Positions 26,387 through 36,267 of a DNA stretch of 64,000 bases are shown here, one piece after another. The translations under genes and the position numbers were made by a program. The DNA comes from a virus, in the IMG/VR virus record IMGVR_UViG_3300045988_147330, positions 1-64,000 of that record; one strand, 5' to 3'. Numbering within the stretch: the stretch's first letter is position 1; every line of letters starts with the position of its first letter. Under the pieces are notes generated by a model that was not told where the DNA came from, did not search any database, and saw nothing but the letters and a program-made list of their open reading frames with translations.

Positions 26387-27853
26387 TTAAAATGGTAAAT
26401 CTTCTTTCATTATATCATCAGCCTGTTGAAGCAGGTATTCTTCCGGGTTGTATTTCCGTCTTAAGACAATCTGGAACAACCTATTCCTGTTCTCATCCCA
26501 CGCAGAAGTAACGGAAAATCCCTCCTGACGTATCATGTCAACCATCTTTCTCTTACTGTAAGGTCTAACACCACAGTCATTGCAATATGCAATGTATTTA
26601 ACATAAAGATCACGATCACGGATAGCAACTTCTTCAATATCACCAGAAGAGTCATATCCTGAATCGTAAAGATAAGACAGTACACTGTTGGAATCACGCC
26701 TTGCGTTTTCCGTAACAGATTCTATCGTGTAACTTCTCGTAAATTCACCCTTGTTCTTCACAAACCGCCTTGCACCCTCTATTATCCAGTTGATAATAGC
26801 TGCCGATTCCTTAGACAACTTCATCGGAAGCGACCTGTCCTGTTCCGATTCCTTGAACACACGATAGAACGGAATGACAAGGGACCGTCTGAAATGCCCG
26901 TAAGTCTGGTCCGAAACGGAAGGCATCTTGTTAAGGTTGGCCATGAAAGGTGGCATCATGTCGGCAAGGAAAGGCTCACCGAAAGGAAGACGCGCCATAG
27001 TAGGCTCACCGGAAATGAATTTCTTGTACTTACCCCCACTCACATCCTTCCCGCCCATCTCAGAAGCGTAGTTGAGCAACTTCCCGTTTATCATCGCTAT
27101 ATTGTACTCGCATGTGGACTTGTCACCTGACAGATCAGCCATCTCCATATAAGAGACATTATCCTTACCCAAAGCATTGACAACAGCGTCAAAGAACACG
27201 GACTTACCGTTACTGCCGCAACCTAACAGATAGCACATCTTTTCCATCTTTATCTTCTTCCTGTCAACAAAAGCACACCCTACAAACTCCTGCAAGGCAT
27301 CCTGTGTGTCCTTCACAGGAATGACATCATCCAAGAACTTCTCCCACAACGGACTTCTCGCAGACGGATCATAATCTATATGTATACGTATGCAAGATTC
27401 TATCATTGGGGAGAAATCAAACGTCTCCATCGTTTCGGTATCAAGCACGCAATTGTCAAACGTGATGAAGTTACGTTTAGGATTGAATATCTCATGCGTC
27501 ACGTTCTTCACAATGGTACGATAGAAACGTTCACTCGTATCTGTCATATACAACTCGCTAAGACCGTTTATCCTGCACATATCCATACACAGACGCATCA
27601 GATCATCCTTCATCATGGGAACGAATATCTTTCCGTCAAAAGCCATTATGGAACCACTTCTGTGACGACGGAAATTACACTCCCTACATGCATCCGCTAT
27701 ATCCATCTCAACCATAGCGGAAATAGAACGCTTCCATTCACCCTCATCCCTAGCCTTTCTGAATCCTCTTCCGCCACCCTTGTCTGACAGCTTTCCCATC
27801 ACGGAGTCAAGTATATATTCATAAGAAGCCTTAGCCGATTCAGCGACAGTCAT
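26387..27853 (-). CDS. SF3 primase-helicase (phage/plasmid primase P4 / D5 family NTPase)
   Basis: Walker A LLGCGSNGKSVF in a D5_N/P4-type context (LQEFVGCAF...MCYLLGCGSNGKS). Confidence 0.75.
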   Translation of the reverse strand: MTVAESAKASYEYILDSVMGKLSDKGGGRGFRKARDEGEWKRSISAMVEMDIADACRECNFRRHRSGSIMAFDGKIFVPMMKDDLMRLCMDMCRINGLSELYMTDTSERFYRTIVKNVTHEIFNPKRNFITFDNCVLDTETMETFDFSPMIESCIRIHIDYDPSARSPLWEKFLDDVIPVKDTQDALQEFVGCAFVDRKKIKMEKMCYLLGCGSNGKSVFFDAVVNALGKDNVSYMEMADLSGDKSTCEYNIAMINGKLLNYASEMGGKDVSGGKYKKFISGEPTMARLPFGEPFLADMMPPFMANLNKMPSVSDQTYGHFRRSLVIPFYRVFKESEQDRSLPMKLSKESAAIINWIIEGARRFVKNKGEFTRSYTIESVTENARRDSNSVLSYLYDSGYDSSGDIEEVAIRDRDLYVKYIAYCNDCGVRPYSKRKMVDMIRQEGFSVTSAWDENRNRLFQIVLRRKYNPEEYLLQQADDIMKEDLPF

Positions 27854-28911
27854 TGTTTCCTCCTTTCTTCTTTACCAGTTCCATCCGTTCCATCCGTTCC
27901 ATCCGAAGCACCCGTCCCATCTGGCACTATCTCACCGAATCTCACTACAGGATACAGGTCATATTCGTCCGTGGATATGTCAGGGGATGCATCCATATCC
28001 TCCAATGACTTATACACGTCCGCTATATGTTCAAGTTTCCTGCACACGATGGAATCACGTCTTATACCATAATACTCTATAAGGTCCTCCATGTACTGTA
28101 CTGTGATGTCCTTGAACCAAGTGAACGCATCATCACGTGTGTTTGCCCCGTAACAGCACGTATTATAAGTATACCCGAACCGTCTCATCCTGACGAAGTA
28201 GCTGTTCCGCCATAACGAAACGGATTTTACCATCGGTTTTCCCGCGTTTATTATGGCTGTAATTATACTGCCAGGCATAAGCGCACACCGTGATACCATC
28301 GCGTACTTCTTCCCGCCTTTTCCATTCTTCACGCCAGGTTCAATGTCCACATCCGGCACGAACCTGAGATCATCCACGCTTCTCCCGCCAACAACGGACG
28401 TGTCATGACGCATAAGGTAGTCTGCGTCCACGATATGTCCGTACTGTCTAATCTGGTCCTCGCACCATGAGGCGAATTTCCTGAGGGATCTTTTCCATTC
28501 ATACGGAAGCGCATATCCGTACTTCTCGCATGCCTCCCCGATACGTTTCCTCTCCTTCTCCCATTTCCGCTTCATCTTCCTCTCGTACTCCAGCACTTCA
28601 CCCTCCACGCTGACACCTATTTCCTTCGCAGTGAGTGATTTCGCAGTCAAGGGTACGGGAACGCGCTTGACGAATGTCTTCTCCGTCACGAACACCGCCT
28701 TTGTACCGTCCTCCAGAGGCTCGTCAAGTTTAAGGCAGCAGTGACGGTCCCTGAAACTTACGAGCGTAACCCACCCAAACAGCCATGTCTGTACTCTCAT
28801 TCCCTTAAACCACCTTTCCCTGTCGGGCATGGCATCGGAAAGGCATATGACACGCCTGGATTCGGGCAGTCTCAGCTTAATCTCTATTTCCTCTTCCATA
28901 TTTATACACAC
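27850..28911 (-). CDS. hypothetical protein (first gene of the leftward operon)
   Basis: ORF track, 353 aa. Visibly higher GC than neighbours. C-terminal GTDGTDGT encoded by 9-bp repeats. Confidence 0.55.
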   Translation of the reverse strand: MCINMEEEIEIKLRLPESRRVICLSDAMPDRERWFKGMRVQTWLFGWVTLVSFRDRHCCLKLDEPLEDGTKAVFVTEKTFVKRVPVPLTAKSLTAKEIGVSVEGEVLEYERKMKRKWEKERKRIGEACEKYGYALPYEWKRSLRKFASWCEDQIRQYGHIVDADYLMRHDTSVVGGRSVDDLRFVPDVDIEPGVKNGKGGKKYAMVSRCALMPGSIITAIINAGKPMVKSVSLWRNSYFVRMRRFGYTYNTCCYGANTRDDAFTWFKDITVQYMEDLIEYYGIRRDSIVCRKLEHIADVYKSLEDMDASPDISTDEYDLYPVVRFGEIVPDGTGASDGTDGTDGTGKEERRKQ

Positions 28912-28971
28912 ACATTACAATAATTCGTTCTAATACGCTGCAAATATAGCATAAAAAAAAACACAAAATTA

Positions 28972-28994
28972 CGTAGTTAAATTGTTTAACTACG
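28972..28994. promoter_or_regulatory. perfect palindrome CGTAGTTAAA-ttg-TTTAACTACG (operator candidate)
   Basis: Read directly. The half-site TTTAACTA recurs at 29151-29170 and elsewhere in the region. Confidence 0.5.
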
Positions 28995-29150
28995 AATGTT
29001 TACGTATTTAACAATAGCGTGTTTAGAAAGATAGTTTATCTTCTTTTACACAAGATTTTTTACTTTCACGCCCACAGTATGTTTTGAATAGCAAAAGTAA
29101 AATATGTTGATTGTTGTTATTTTTTATTTTTGTTGTGATTTTTCTTATTT

Positions 29151-29170
29151 TAGTTAAATGGATTTAACTA
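29151..29170. promoter_or_regulatory. palindrome TAGTTAAAT-gg-ATTTAACTA (operator candidate)
   Basis: Read directly. Same half-site as 28972-28994. Confidence 0.5.
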
Positions 29171-30306
29171 TATTTTTTTTATTACTTATCATTTTGTACG
29201 TTAAGAAATGTAAAATTGGCATAATTTAACATAAAATAAAAAATTATGACACCGATAGTTGCATAAACAACTAATTAATCCCGAAAAACTCGTAAAAAAC
29301 CTACGAAATTCGTTGATTTTTCGTAGACTTCGTAAACTCTTCGTTTTTCAACACTTGTCAAAAAACTCGCAAAAAACGACAACTAAATGGTTGAAAACAA
29401 ACTATTTAGCCTTGTCAAAAAAAATTGAATCGTAACCCTATACGAAAAAATCCCCTATTAATTTATATATTAAATGTTAATGGTAATATATATATACAAC
29501 GTATGCATACACGTACACCGTATATACTCTATTACAATACATTAGCACGTACACGCATCATATACTACATATACGGGAAAAAGCATGACGAAACCATACG
29601 CATAATTTAGTATAGATACATATCAAAACGACGAAATCAACGAAGAATACTGTAAATCAATACATTATAACGCACAAAACGACCGTTAAAATACATAAAC
29701 ACGTACGAAACACACGAAAAAACATACGATTTTCGTAACTTTTAATGTAAAAATTTATCGCTTTTTGTTGAAAACTACCCGAAACATCCACGAAAACAGC
29801 AAAAAATAAAAATACAGGCAAAATAGGGACGGAAAAAAAATTCTGGAAAAAATTTATCAGGAACGACACACCCCGTCTACGGGATGTCATAAAAGGGGGT
29901 ATGGCACTGATTTAAAGGCAGTTAACAACGGATGTACATCACGCTAAATGCCGTTTGTAAAGAAAAATAAATTCTTTCTATATAGGAATGGCTTCGAAAA
30001 TGCTTACATAGTAAAATATCTTGACAAGTGTCAATTACTAAGGTTTCGTAATTCCCTCACGTTCAGACACTTACAATTAAATTTAACCATTTTTAACCTT
30101 TTTTAATATCAATAAATCTTTACATGGCTAATATTTCGTGTGCATATTATATATAATAAGGTGCAATTTAACTATTGTTTAATATTATATAATATTAATC
30201 TAAAATATATATACAAAATATCTTCAAATTGACAAAATCAATCTAAATATATAATAGATGTTAACGAAATATACAACATTAAGAAGATAGTAGTATGTTT
30301 GCAGTG

Positions 30307-30345
30307 TCGGAAGACGATAGGACACGATCGGAAGACGATAGGACA
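30307..30345. repeat. direct repeat TCGGAAGACGATAGGACA x2 (21-bp period)
   Basis: Read directly at 30307-30324 and 30328-30345. Confidence 0.8.
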
Positions 30346-30597
30346 TTGACGTAGTGAAACAGCCTGCTATAGTGACAGTATAGCACGGAACCGAAAAAAA
30401 AGGATAATCGGTATATAAATAGCGGTATGGCTAGCCACGATACAGAGGTACGGAATACTTGATACAGGCGATAGTGTTTTAGTGCGATATGTGATTAGCT
30501 CCTTGATATTGTAATGTAGCTGCCATCGGAATAGATGGTAACGGTTACAAGCCCGTATAGATACAGAGTACAATGTCAAACCAAATCAAATTGCATT

Positions 30598-30759
30598 ATG
30601 AAAACGAATAAAGAATACAAGTTAACAGTAGAGTTTCACAATGGGGTGCGTTATTGCTATTACGGAAAAACGAAAAAACAAGCTATAGCCGAATTTAAGC
30701 GTAATTTTGGCAACTTTAAAGGATTTATTAAAAAGGAATGGGAAATAATTAACAATTAA
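30598..30759 (+). CDS. small early protein
   Basis: ORF track 30535..30759. Met at 30598 preferred. Confidence 0.45.
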   Translation: MKTNKEYKLTVEFHNGVRYCYYGKTKKQAIAEFKRNFGNFKGFIKKEWEIINN

Positions 30760-30770
30760 ATAATTAAATT

Positions 30771-31157
30771 ATGGAAACAAATAGAGTTTACAATTACGAA
30801 AACGAAGTGAAAAATGATGTTATCGAATACGGTAATGAATGGTTATCTTACAATAATGAGACGGTAAGAGAGGAAAACATAGATGAAATTAGAGATCGCC
30901 TGCATGAAGCCATGTGGATGTCTGACAGTGTTACGGGTAACGGATCGGGATCTTATACCTTTAATCGTTGGGTCGCAGAAGAAAATCTATGTCATAATAT
31001 GGATCTATTTATTGAGGCTGCCGAAGAATTTGGAAGTGATATGGCAAGCCTGATAGAAGAAGGAGCCGAGGTAATGGATGTAACTATAAGATGTTACCTA
31101 TTTCCCCGATTCTTGGATGAATTTTTAGATGAAAAATTAAACGAAACAAACGAATAA
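30771..31157 (+). CDS. acidic early protein
   Basis: ORF track, 128 aa. SVTGNGSGSYTFNRW motif. Strongly acidic. Confidence 0.55.
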   Translation: METNRVYNYENEVKNDVIEYGNEWLSYNNETVREENIDEIRDRLHEAMWMSDSVTGNGSGSYTFNRWVAEENLCHNMDLFIEAAEEFGSDMASLIEEGAEVMDVTIRCYLFPRFLDEFLDEKLNETNE

Positions 31158-31160
31158 GAC

Positions 31161-31355
31161 ATGAAAACATTTTTTACAGTATTGGCGGTTATTGCATGTT
31201 GGGTGATTCCTGTGTATATGCTTTTTTCTTCTTCGCACAAGTCATTTGCCTTAATTTATGGTCTATTTTATGGCTTATCCTGGATCGTATTGTGCGTGTT
31301 AATGGCTGCGAGGGAACGCGAAATTGAAGAACGTAAAAGGAGAAAAAACTATTGA
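31161..31355 (+). CDS. small membrane protein
   Basis: Two hydrophobic helices and a basic tail. Confidence 0.5.
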   Translation: MKTFFTVLAVIACWVIPVYMLFSSSHKSFALIYGLFYGLSWIVLCVLMAAREREIEERKRRKNY

Positions 31356-31957
31356 TTATGGAAACAAGAAAAATGACAGCTAAAAAGGCTAAAGAGTTGT
31401 TAGCCGATATCGAAACATTCGTACATATAGGCGGTTTTGAAACTGGTCGTAGAGTTAATTTAAAGCGGGCTAAATCATTGTGCCATTACGCTTATAATGA
31501 ATACAAGGACTTTTGCGATGATGAAACGAAACTGGCGGTTATGGCAGAAATGGATGTGTGTAGGTTTTTTAAGGCAGAAAAAAGAGAATTATATCATGTT
31601 CTTAGAAACGATTATACCAGTTACTACATTTACTTTGATGATGGATGTAAATTTTACTATGGCGAAATAAATGGTAATCAGTTCCTTATAGTTTCCTCGT
31701 TAGGATATTGTAATATATACCAGCTATTCCGCGTTTCCCTTCCGGAAATTAAACAATATACGGATAGTGAGATAGAACAAATGTATAACGAACTGCAAAC
31801 AGGTAGAGAGATACATTTTGAAACAAAAACAGGTATATGTAAAGCAAGCATCATAGATCCAATGATTTACTCAATCATAATAGAGGGGCAAATGAAAAGA
31901 ACTATACCTAACAATTTTGAACTATTTTGCAAGTACATAAAACACGGTGCGATATGA
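31352..31957 (+). CDS. hypothetical early protein
   Basis: ORF track, 201 aa. ATGA overlap with the upstream ORF. Confidence 0.55.
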   Translation: MIMETRKMTAKKAKELLADIETFVHIGGFETGRRVNLKRAKSLCHYAYNEYKDFCDDETKLAVMAEMDVCRFFKAEKRELYHVLRNDYTSYYIYFDDGCKFYYGEINGNQFLIVSSLGYCNIYQLFRVSLPEIKQYTDSEIEQMYNELQTGREIHFETKTGICKASIIDPMIYSIIIEGQMKRTIPNNFELFCKYIKHGAI

Positions 31958-32129
31958 TAGAAACGTTAATACTATTGGGTTGCCTGTACTTATCTATACG
32001 GGTAACTGACTATTTAGAAAAAACAAAATTTTGAGAATATGTATAATATATTAAGGAGAATATTTACAGATTGTGACATTATAGATATGTATGGTCTGTA
32101 TTGTGAGTTCACAAATAAAACTTTATATT

Positions 32130-32657
32130 ATGACTACAAATAGACTTTATTACACAACATCAAAAATATATGTTCAAGCCGGAACAACCTTTAAAATCAA
32201 TGTTGAAATATTACTGGCTGATGGTAATTGGAGTATAATATCACATATTTACGAGAAACGCAAAAACGGTCGTTTCGCTTTGCGTGCTAGTGGTTGTTGC
32301 TATGAGGAAATTATAAAGTGTTTCCCACAATTTAAAATGTTTGTAGATCTTCATTTGTCTGATCATTACGGCACGCCTATACACCCAGTCGAAAACGGGT
32401 TTTACCATATTAAGAACAGTAGCAAAGAAACTGCAATCAACTATTTGCGCCTCACGGAGGCGGAATATGATTCGCTTTACCAGGCAGAAGATAAACAACA
32501 TTTTAAATACCTCCTATTTTCGCTTGGTATCGTTGAACGCTGGAAAAGAGAATCTAATGAGGCTTTAAAAAAGCTGGAAGAGTTGACCGGGCAAATATGG
32601 GAAAAACCATATAATCCGGAAAACGAACGTTTTACTTTGAAATTGACGGATGAATAA
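32130..32657 (+). CDS. hypothetical early protein
   Basis: ORF track 32091..32657. Met at 32130 preferred. Confidence 0.5.
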   Translation: MTTNRLYYTTSKIYVQAGTTFKINVEILLADGNWSIISHIYEKRKNGRFALRASGCCYEEIIKCFPQFKMFVDLHLSDHYGTPIHPVENGFYHIKNSSKETAINYLRLTEAEYDSLYQAEDKQHFKYLLFSLGIVERWKRESNEALKKLEELTGQIWEKPYNPENERFTLKLTDE

Positions 32658-32679
32658 CGTACGATCATGACTAAATGAT

Positions 32680-32907
32680 ATGACACAGAAAGAAGCATTA
32701 AAGCAATTACAATCATATTGCAGGGCGAATGGTTTCTCCCTCTATCCATCAAGTTTGCCGAAACATACATACGCTATAATATTGGCGGATGGTGATGATG
32801 GCGAAATAACAACACGTTACCCGAATAAGCGTATAAGCGGGTATTTCACCCCGAAAGAGTTGTTAATATGGCTTGATGGCTACCACACAGGATTACAAGA
32901 GAAATAA
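32680..32907 (+). CDS. hypothetical early protein
   Basis: ORF track. Confidence 0.45.
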   Translation: MTQKEALKQLQSYCRANGFSLYPSSLPKHTYAIILADGDDGEITTRYPNKRISGYFTPKELLIWLDGYHTGLQEK

Positions 32908-32944
32908 GTATTAACTGCGGGCAACCGCACAAAATAAAAGAAAT

Positions 32945-33187
32945 ATGAATTATAACGTAACATCCGTAAAAGACGGATATAATGAAACCAAAAAAAACGG
33001 ATACAAGCTATATGAAGACGAAAAACGCTATTATAGCGTGTGGATGAAAAATAACATACCCGACCCAACCACATGGGCGAGCCTTAACCGATGCGGGGAA
33101 CGTGATATGCCTATATTCACATGTGAGTATTGTGATTATCAAGGCTGGGAGCGTGAAGAATACGATACGGTTACAATAATCGGATAA
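32945..33187 (+). CDS. hypothetical early protein
   Basis: ORF track. Confidence 0.45.
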   Translation: MNYNVTSVKDGYNETKKNGYKLYEDEKRYYSVWMKNNIPDPTTWASLNRCGERDMPIFTCEYCDYQGWEREEYDTVTIIG

Positions 33188-33272
33188 AACGAATTATTCC
33201 GGCGTGGAGGACAGCAAGCGGAGCGACACCGCCGCCGGGAACTATTATAAACCAATAAAAAAAAATAGAACA

Positions 33273-33419
33273 ATGAGAACGTATTTTGCACAAGTAAAAA
33301 CAAGGTATCAAGCTATTAGAGAATGTCCGTTTACGCCTTCAAATGTCGCCAAGGTGTATGGAGGCTTCATATGTTTTGAGTCTACGAATGACTACAATAC
33401 ATGGAAAAACCAAAAGTAA
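33273..33419 (+). CDS. small hypothetical early protein
   Basis: The ORF-track N-terminus (33204) runs through an intergenic GC hairpin, so the Met at 33273 is preferred. Confidence 0.35.
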   Translation: MRTYFAQVKTRYQAIRECPFTPSNVAKVYGGFICFESTNDYNTWKNQK

Positions 33420-33507
33420 CCAATTATCCCGTATCGGCTTACCGTAGTCTTTGATGAATATACGGGAACTAGTTTTATAAACTTAAAAACATTAAATAAA
33501 AGAGAAT

Positions 33508-33732
33508 ATGAGAACGAAAACACCCGAACAATTAAATAAGCAATGGAAGCGAATAAGCAGCTATGTAAGGCAGCGCGGCAGATTTATGGAATACTTTCGC
33601 ATATACGCACGTTATCGTAACCGCATGGCAAAGTATTTAGGCTCATCGCCTTATTGGCGAATAAATACAGGCTACCAATACACGGAAGGAAACAACGCGC
33701 CTACACCGCGCGAAGTGTATGCAGGATATTAA
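33508..33732 (+). CDS. hypothetical basic early protein
   Basis: ORF track. Confidence 0.45.
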   Translation: MRTKTPEQLNKQWKRISSYVRQRGRFMEYFRIYARYRNRMAKYLGSSPYWRINTGYQYTEGNNAPTPREVYAGY

Positions 33733-33774
33733 TAACGAATTATTAACCGCAAGCAATTGCACAAAACGGAAAGT

Positions 33775-33996
33775 ATGAATATTATTACAGATAGAACAAA
33801 GGCCCCTGCAAAGCTACGCTATAGGGTGAGCAATAACAGCGGAACGATAAACGAAGAATTCGGGAAGGACCAACAAGCCGCCTATGATTTTGCAAACGGA
33901 ATGAATGAAACGGCAACAATACGCGGGTATTTCGTTTTCAAAAAGTGCGGAAAATGGCAAACTAATACGGTATTTATAGATCATGTGTTTAAGTAA
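33775..33996 (+). CDS. hypothetical early protein
   Basis: ORF track uses a non-ATG start at 33757; the ATG at 33775 is preferred. Confidence 0.45.
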   Translation: MNIITDRTKAPAKLRYRVSNNSGTINEEFGKDQQAAYDFANGMNETATIRGYFVFKKCGKWQTNTVFIDHVFK

Positions 33997-34083
33997 TCAA
34001 CTATTCCGCCAAAGGTTGAAAGCCCTGCAAGTGGTGCAAGTTCCACGGGCGGAACTATTACTAACTAAAGACAAAATAAGATT

Positions 34084-34278
34084 ATGGAAAAGAATTATTT
34101 TATTCAGATTAACGAGGAAACACGTAGTATAATGCTTCAACCATGTAACGCATTCGAGGCTATAAGGCTGATAAACTTCTACAGCGATGGGATAAACCTA
34201 CTTAAAGAAACACAAGAAGTTACAAGCATAGAACTGTATAAGATTGGCGAACCATTACCGAAACGAATAATAATTTAA
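34084..34278 (+). CDS. hypothetical early protein
   Basis: ORF track. Confidence 0.45.
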   Translation: MEKNYFIQINEETRSIMLQPCNAFEAIRLINFYSDGINLLKETQEVTSIELYKIGEPLPKRIII

Positions 34279-34290
34279 GCAATTTGATAA

Positions 34291-34539
34291 ATGGGAACGA
34301 ATAACAAACAATCTATATTAGAGGGGCGTAAATGGGATGTAATAGAGAGTGTTGACGGGTATTTTTCCGGGGAAAAGAATGGAGTGATCATACAAGGCGC
34401 GACAATGAGCGAATTATATGAAAAATGCAAATCTTTTGATATAGCTTCGGTTATGGAGAAAATTAAGACGGGTGTAGATCTGAACGACTGGGAAAAACGC
34501 TTAATAAAAGTTAATAAAAAGTTGTTGGCAAACCAATAA
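34291..34539 (+). CDS. hypothetical early protein
   Basis: ORF track. Confidence 0.45.
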   Translation: MGTNNKQSILEGRKWDVIESVDGYFSGEKNGVIIQGATMSELYEKCKSFDIASVMEKIKTGVDLNDWEKRLIKVNKKLLANQ

Positions 34540-34555
34540 ACTATATCTTTGCTAT

Positions 34556-34753
34556 ATGAGAAATAAATATGTTACAGAATATAAGGGATGTACTATAGAA
34601 GTCACTGGAGAAAACGACTTCATGTACAGGATAATTAAGAGAGGTGCAAAAGGACAACGGATGGATCTTTTTGTAGATATGTTTTACAGATCTACTTCTG
34701 ACGCTTTAAAGGGTGCTATGAAATGGATAGATAATAATGTGAGGAAGGAGTAA
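34556..34753 (+). CDS. hypothetical early protein
   Basis: ORF track. Confidence 0.45.
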   Translation: MRNKYVTEYKGCTIEVTGENDFMYRIIKRGAKGQRMDLFVDMFYRSTSDALKGAMKWIDNNVRKE

Positions 34754-34771
34754 TATTATGATTTTTGGAAT

Positions 34772-34779
34772 TATTTTTG
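34772..34779 (+). promoter_or_regulatory. internal -7 box TAttTTTG (TTATTTTTGCAATG)
   Basis: Same extended TTTGCAATG context as the promoter at 12381. Confidence 0.35.
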
Positions 34780-34885
34780 CAATGATAATGAGGGCTTTAT
34801 GTGGAAATATGTTAGACGATTAATTATTATCATCATATGGCTTATTGTGTTACAAATTTTATCTGAGTGTTAAACATGTGTGTAT

Positions 34886-35230
34886 ATGACTAAAGAGGAA
34901 TTTAAAGCAAAGAGGGAAATTATCAATTCAAAGATAAGAGAATTGAATAACGAAATGATGAAACTTAAAAAGGAATATATTAAATCCAACGAGAATTATC
35001 CTATTGGAAGTAAAGTTTGTGTTACTATTCCATCATCCGTATATACTATTTTGGACACTCTTGAAAGTTTTGCCGTTCCTGAGTCAAAACAGTATGCTTA
35101 TATTGTAGATTATGAAATTGATCATAGAGATAATGTGGTTCCGTGCCTTAAAAAGGTAAAAAAAGACGGTACGGCATCAACCTTCAATTTATATGTTAAT
35201 TTTGAAAACTGTATAATAGAACAGGTATGA
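34886..35230 (+). CDS. hypothetical early protein
   Basis: ORF track uses a GTG start at 34880; the ATG at 34886 is preferred. Confidence 0.5.
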   Translation: MTKEEFKAKREIINSKIRELNNEMMKLKKEYIKSNENYPIGSKVCVTIPSSVYTILDTLESFAVPESKQYAYIVDYEIDHRDNVVPCLKKVKKDGTASTFNLYVNFENCIIEQV

Positions 35231-35237
35231 AAGTAAG

Positions 35238-35429
35238 ATGGGAAAAATAAAAGTAGGAAAACTAAACCCTGGCGACTTGTTTGAGTACAGAGGTGTGATA
35301 TATGAGGTAATATATATGGCAGGTTGGAGTGTTCGTTGCAGGTATGTGAATGATAAGTGCAATTACGGTACTTGGTTGGATTATCATCTTTATTGTGATT
35401 TTAGTATTCATACAATTGTTGAGATATGA
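35238..35429 (+). CDS. hypothetical early protein
   Basis: ORF track. Confidence 0.45.
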   Translation: MGKIKVGKLNPGDLFEYRGVIYEVIYMAGWSVRCRYVNDKCNYGTWLDYHLYCDFSIHTIVEI

Positions 35430-35587
35430 AAACATTAATTTTTGATGTAATGCTTGATGGACGATTTGTTCACACATTCAAGTATGAATATTGTCCATTA
35501 TTCCCTATTGATATAGAAGAACTGGAGAAGTTTGTTACTGACAGGCTTCCTACATTGAAAGGCAAAGACTTTAGAATTGTATTTTAA
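35426..35587 (+). CDS. small hypothetical protein (53 aa, hand-translated)
   Basis: ATGA overlap with the upstream stop. Fills an otherwise empty gap. Confidence 0.35.
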   Translation: MKTLIFDVMLDGRFVHTFKYEYCPLFPIDIEELEKFVTDRLPTLKGKDFRIVF

Positions 35588-35623
35588 AATGAAGAAGATA
35601 TTAATGAGAAAAGAAATTAAAAT

Positions 35624-35812
35624 ATGAAAAATGTGATTTTATTTGCTAGTTTAATATTAGCACTATCATCTTGTGATCGTAAATCTTATCATGTGAAGGG
35701 TGGTACTGCAATAACCATTGATGGAGATACCATTGAGTTTTATGGTGGAACAATTACTTATCCCTTTGCCGGTCAACGTAGTATTAGTGGAATAGTTATT
35801 AAAGGGAAATAA
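35624..35812 (+). CDS. small lipoprotein
   Basis: Signal peptide plus lipobox LALSSC. Confidence 0.5.
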   Translation: MKNVILFASLILALSSCDRKSYHVKGGTAITIDGDTIEFYGGTITYPFAGQRSISGIVIKGK

Positions 35813-35821
35813 TATTGAGAT

Positions 35822-36037
35822 ATGGAAATAAAGAACGTAGGACAACTTAGAAAAATAATTGAGAATCTTTCCGATGATTACGAAATAGAGATGCGTGTTA
35901 GACGCAAATTGACGGATGAAGAATTGAAAAATTGCAGATACCCTTACCCTTATGATACAGATTATTTAACTCTAGAATTTGACGATATAGGCGTTTCTTG
36001 CAAAGTATTGTGCTTGGGTGTAACTTCTAATGAATGA
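35822..36037 (+). CDS. hypothetical early protein
   Basis: ORF track. Confidence 0.45.
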   Translation: MEIKNVGQLRKIIENLSDDYEIEMRVRRKLTDEELKNCRYPYPYDTDYLTLEFDDIGVSCKVLCLGVTSNE

Positions 36038-36267
36038 ACGGTATGGAAATAAATAGCGGAATAATAATAGATGGAGTGCTGCATGAAATGATTGAACTGA
36101 TTGATGCGTCTAGTCTAAATTTCGATTGCAGTAAATGTTCGTTGAATAAAAAATGCAATAAGTGTAAGATGAGGAATGAATTATATCTGTGTGATGTGAT
36201 GGGTTGTTTCTTCTTTGTCAATCGTGGTAAAGTAACGGATATTAAAACAGAGGAGGATAAGGAATGA
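36034..36267 (+). CDS. Cys-rich small protein
   Basis: CSKCSLNKKCNKC cluster. ATGA overlap. Confidence 0.45.
   Translation: MNGMEINSGIIIDGVLHEMIELIDASSLNFDCSKCSLNKKCNKCKMRNELYLCDVMGCFFFVNRGKVTDIKTEEDKE

Larger units (their letters stand above)
28912..30597. promoter_or_regulatory. 1.7-kb non-coding divergent control region (putative early promoters, operators, origin)
   Basis: No credible ORF. Gene orientation switches here. Dense ACGAAA / ACGTAC repeats, palindromes and A/T tracts. Confidence 0.6.

Noticed and set aside
29425-30579. ORFs 29425..29610 (+), 29657..29890 (-) and 30367..30579 (-) inside the control region.
   Set aside because: They have extreme low-complexity, repeat-derived sequences. 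They overlap palindromes and iterons, so the region is treated as non-coding.
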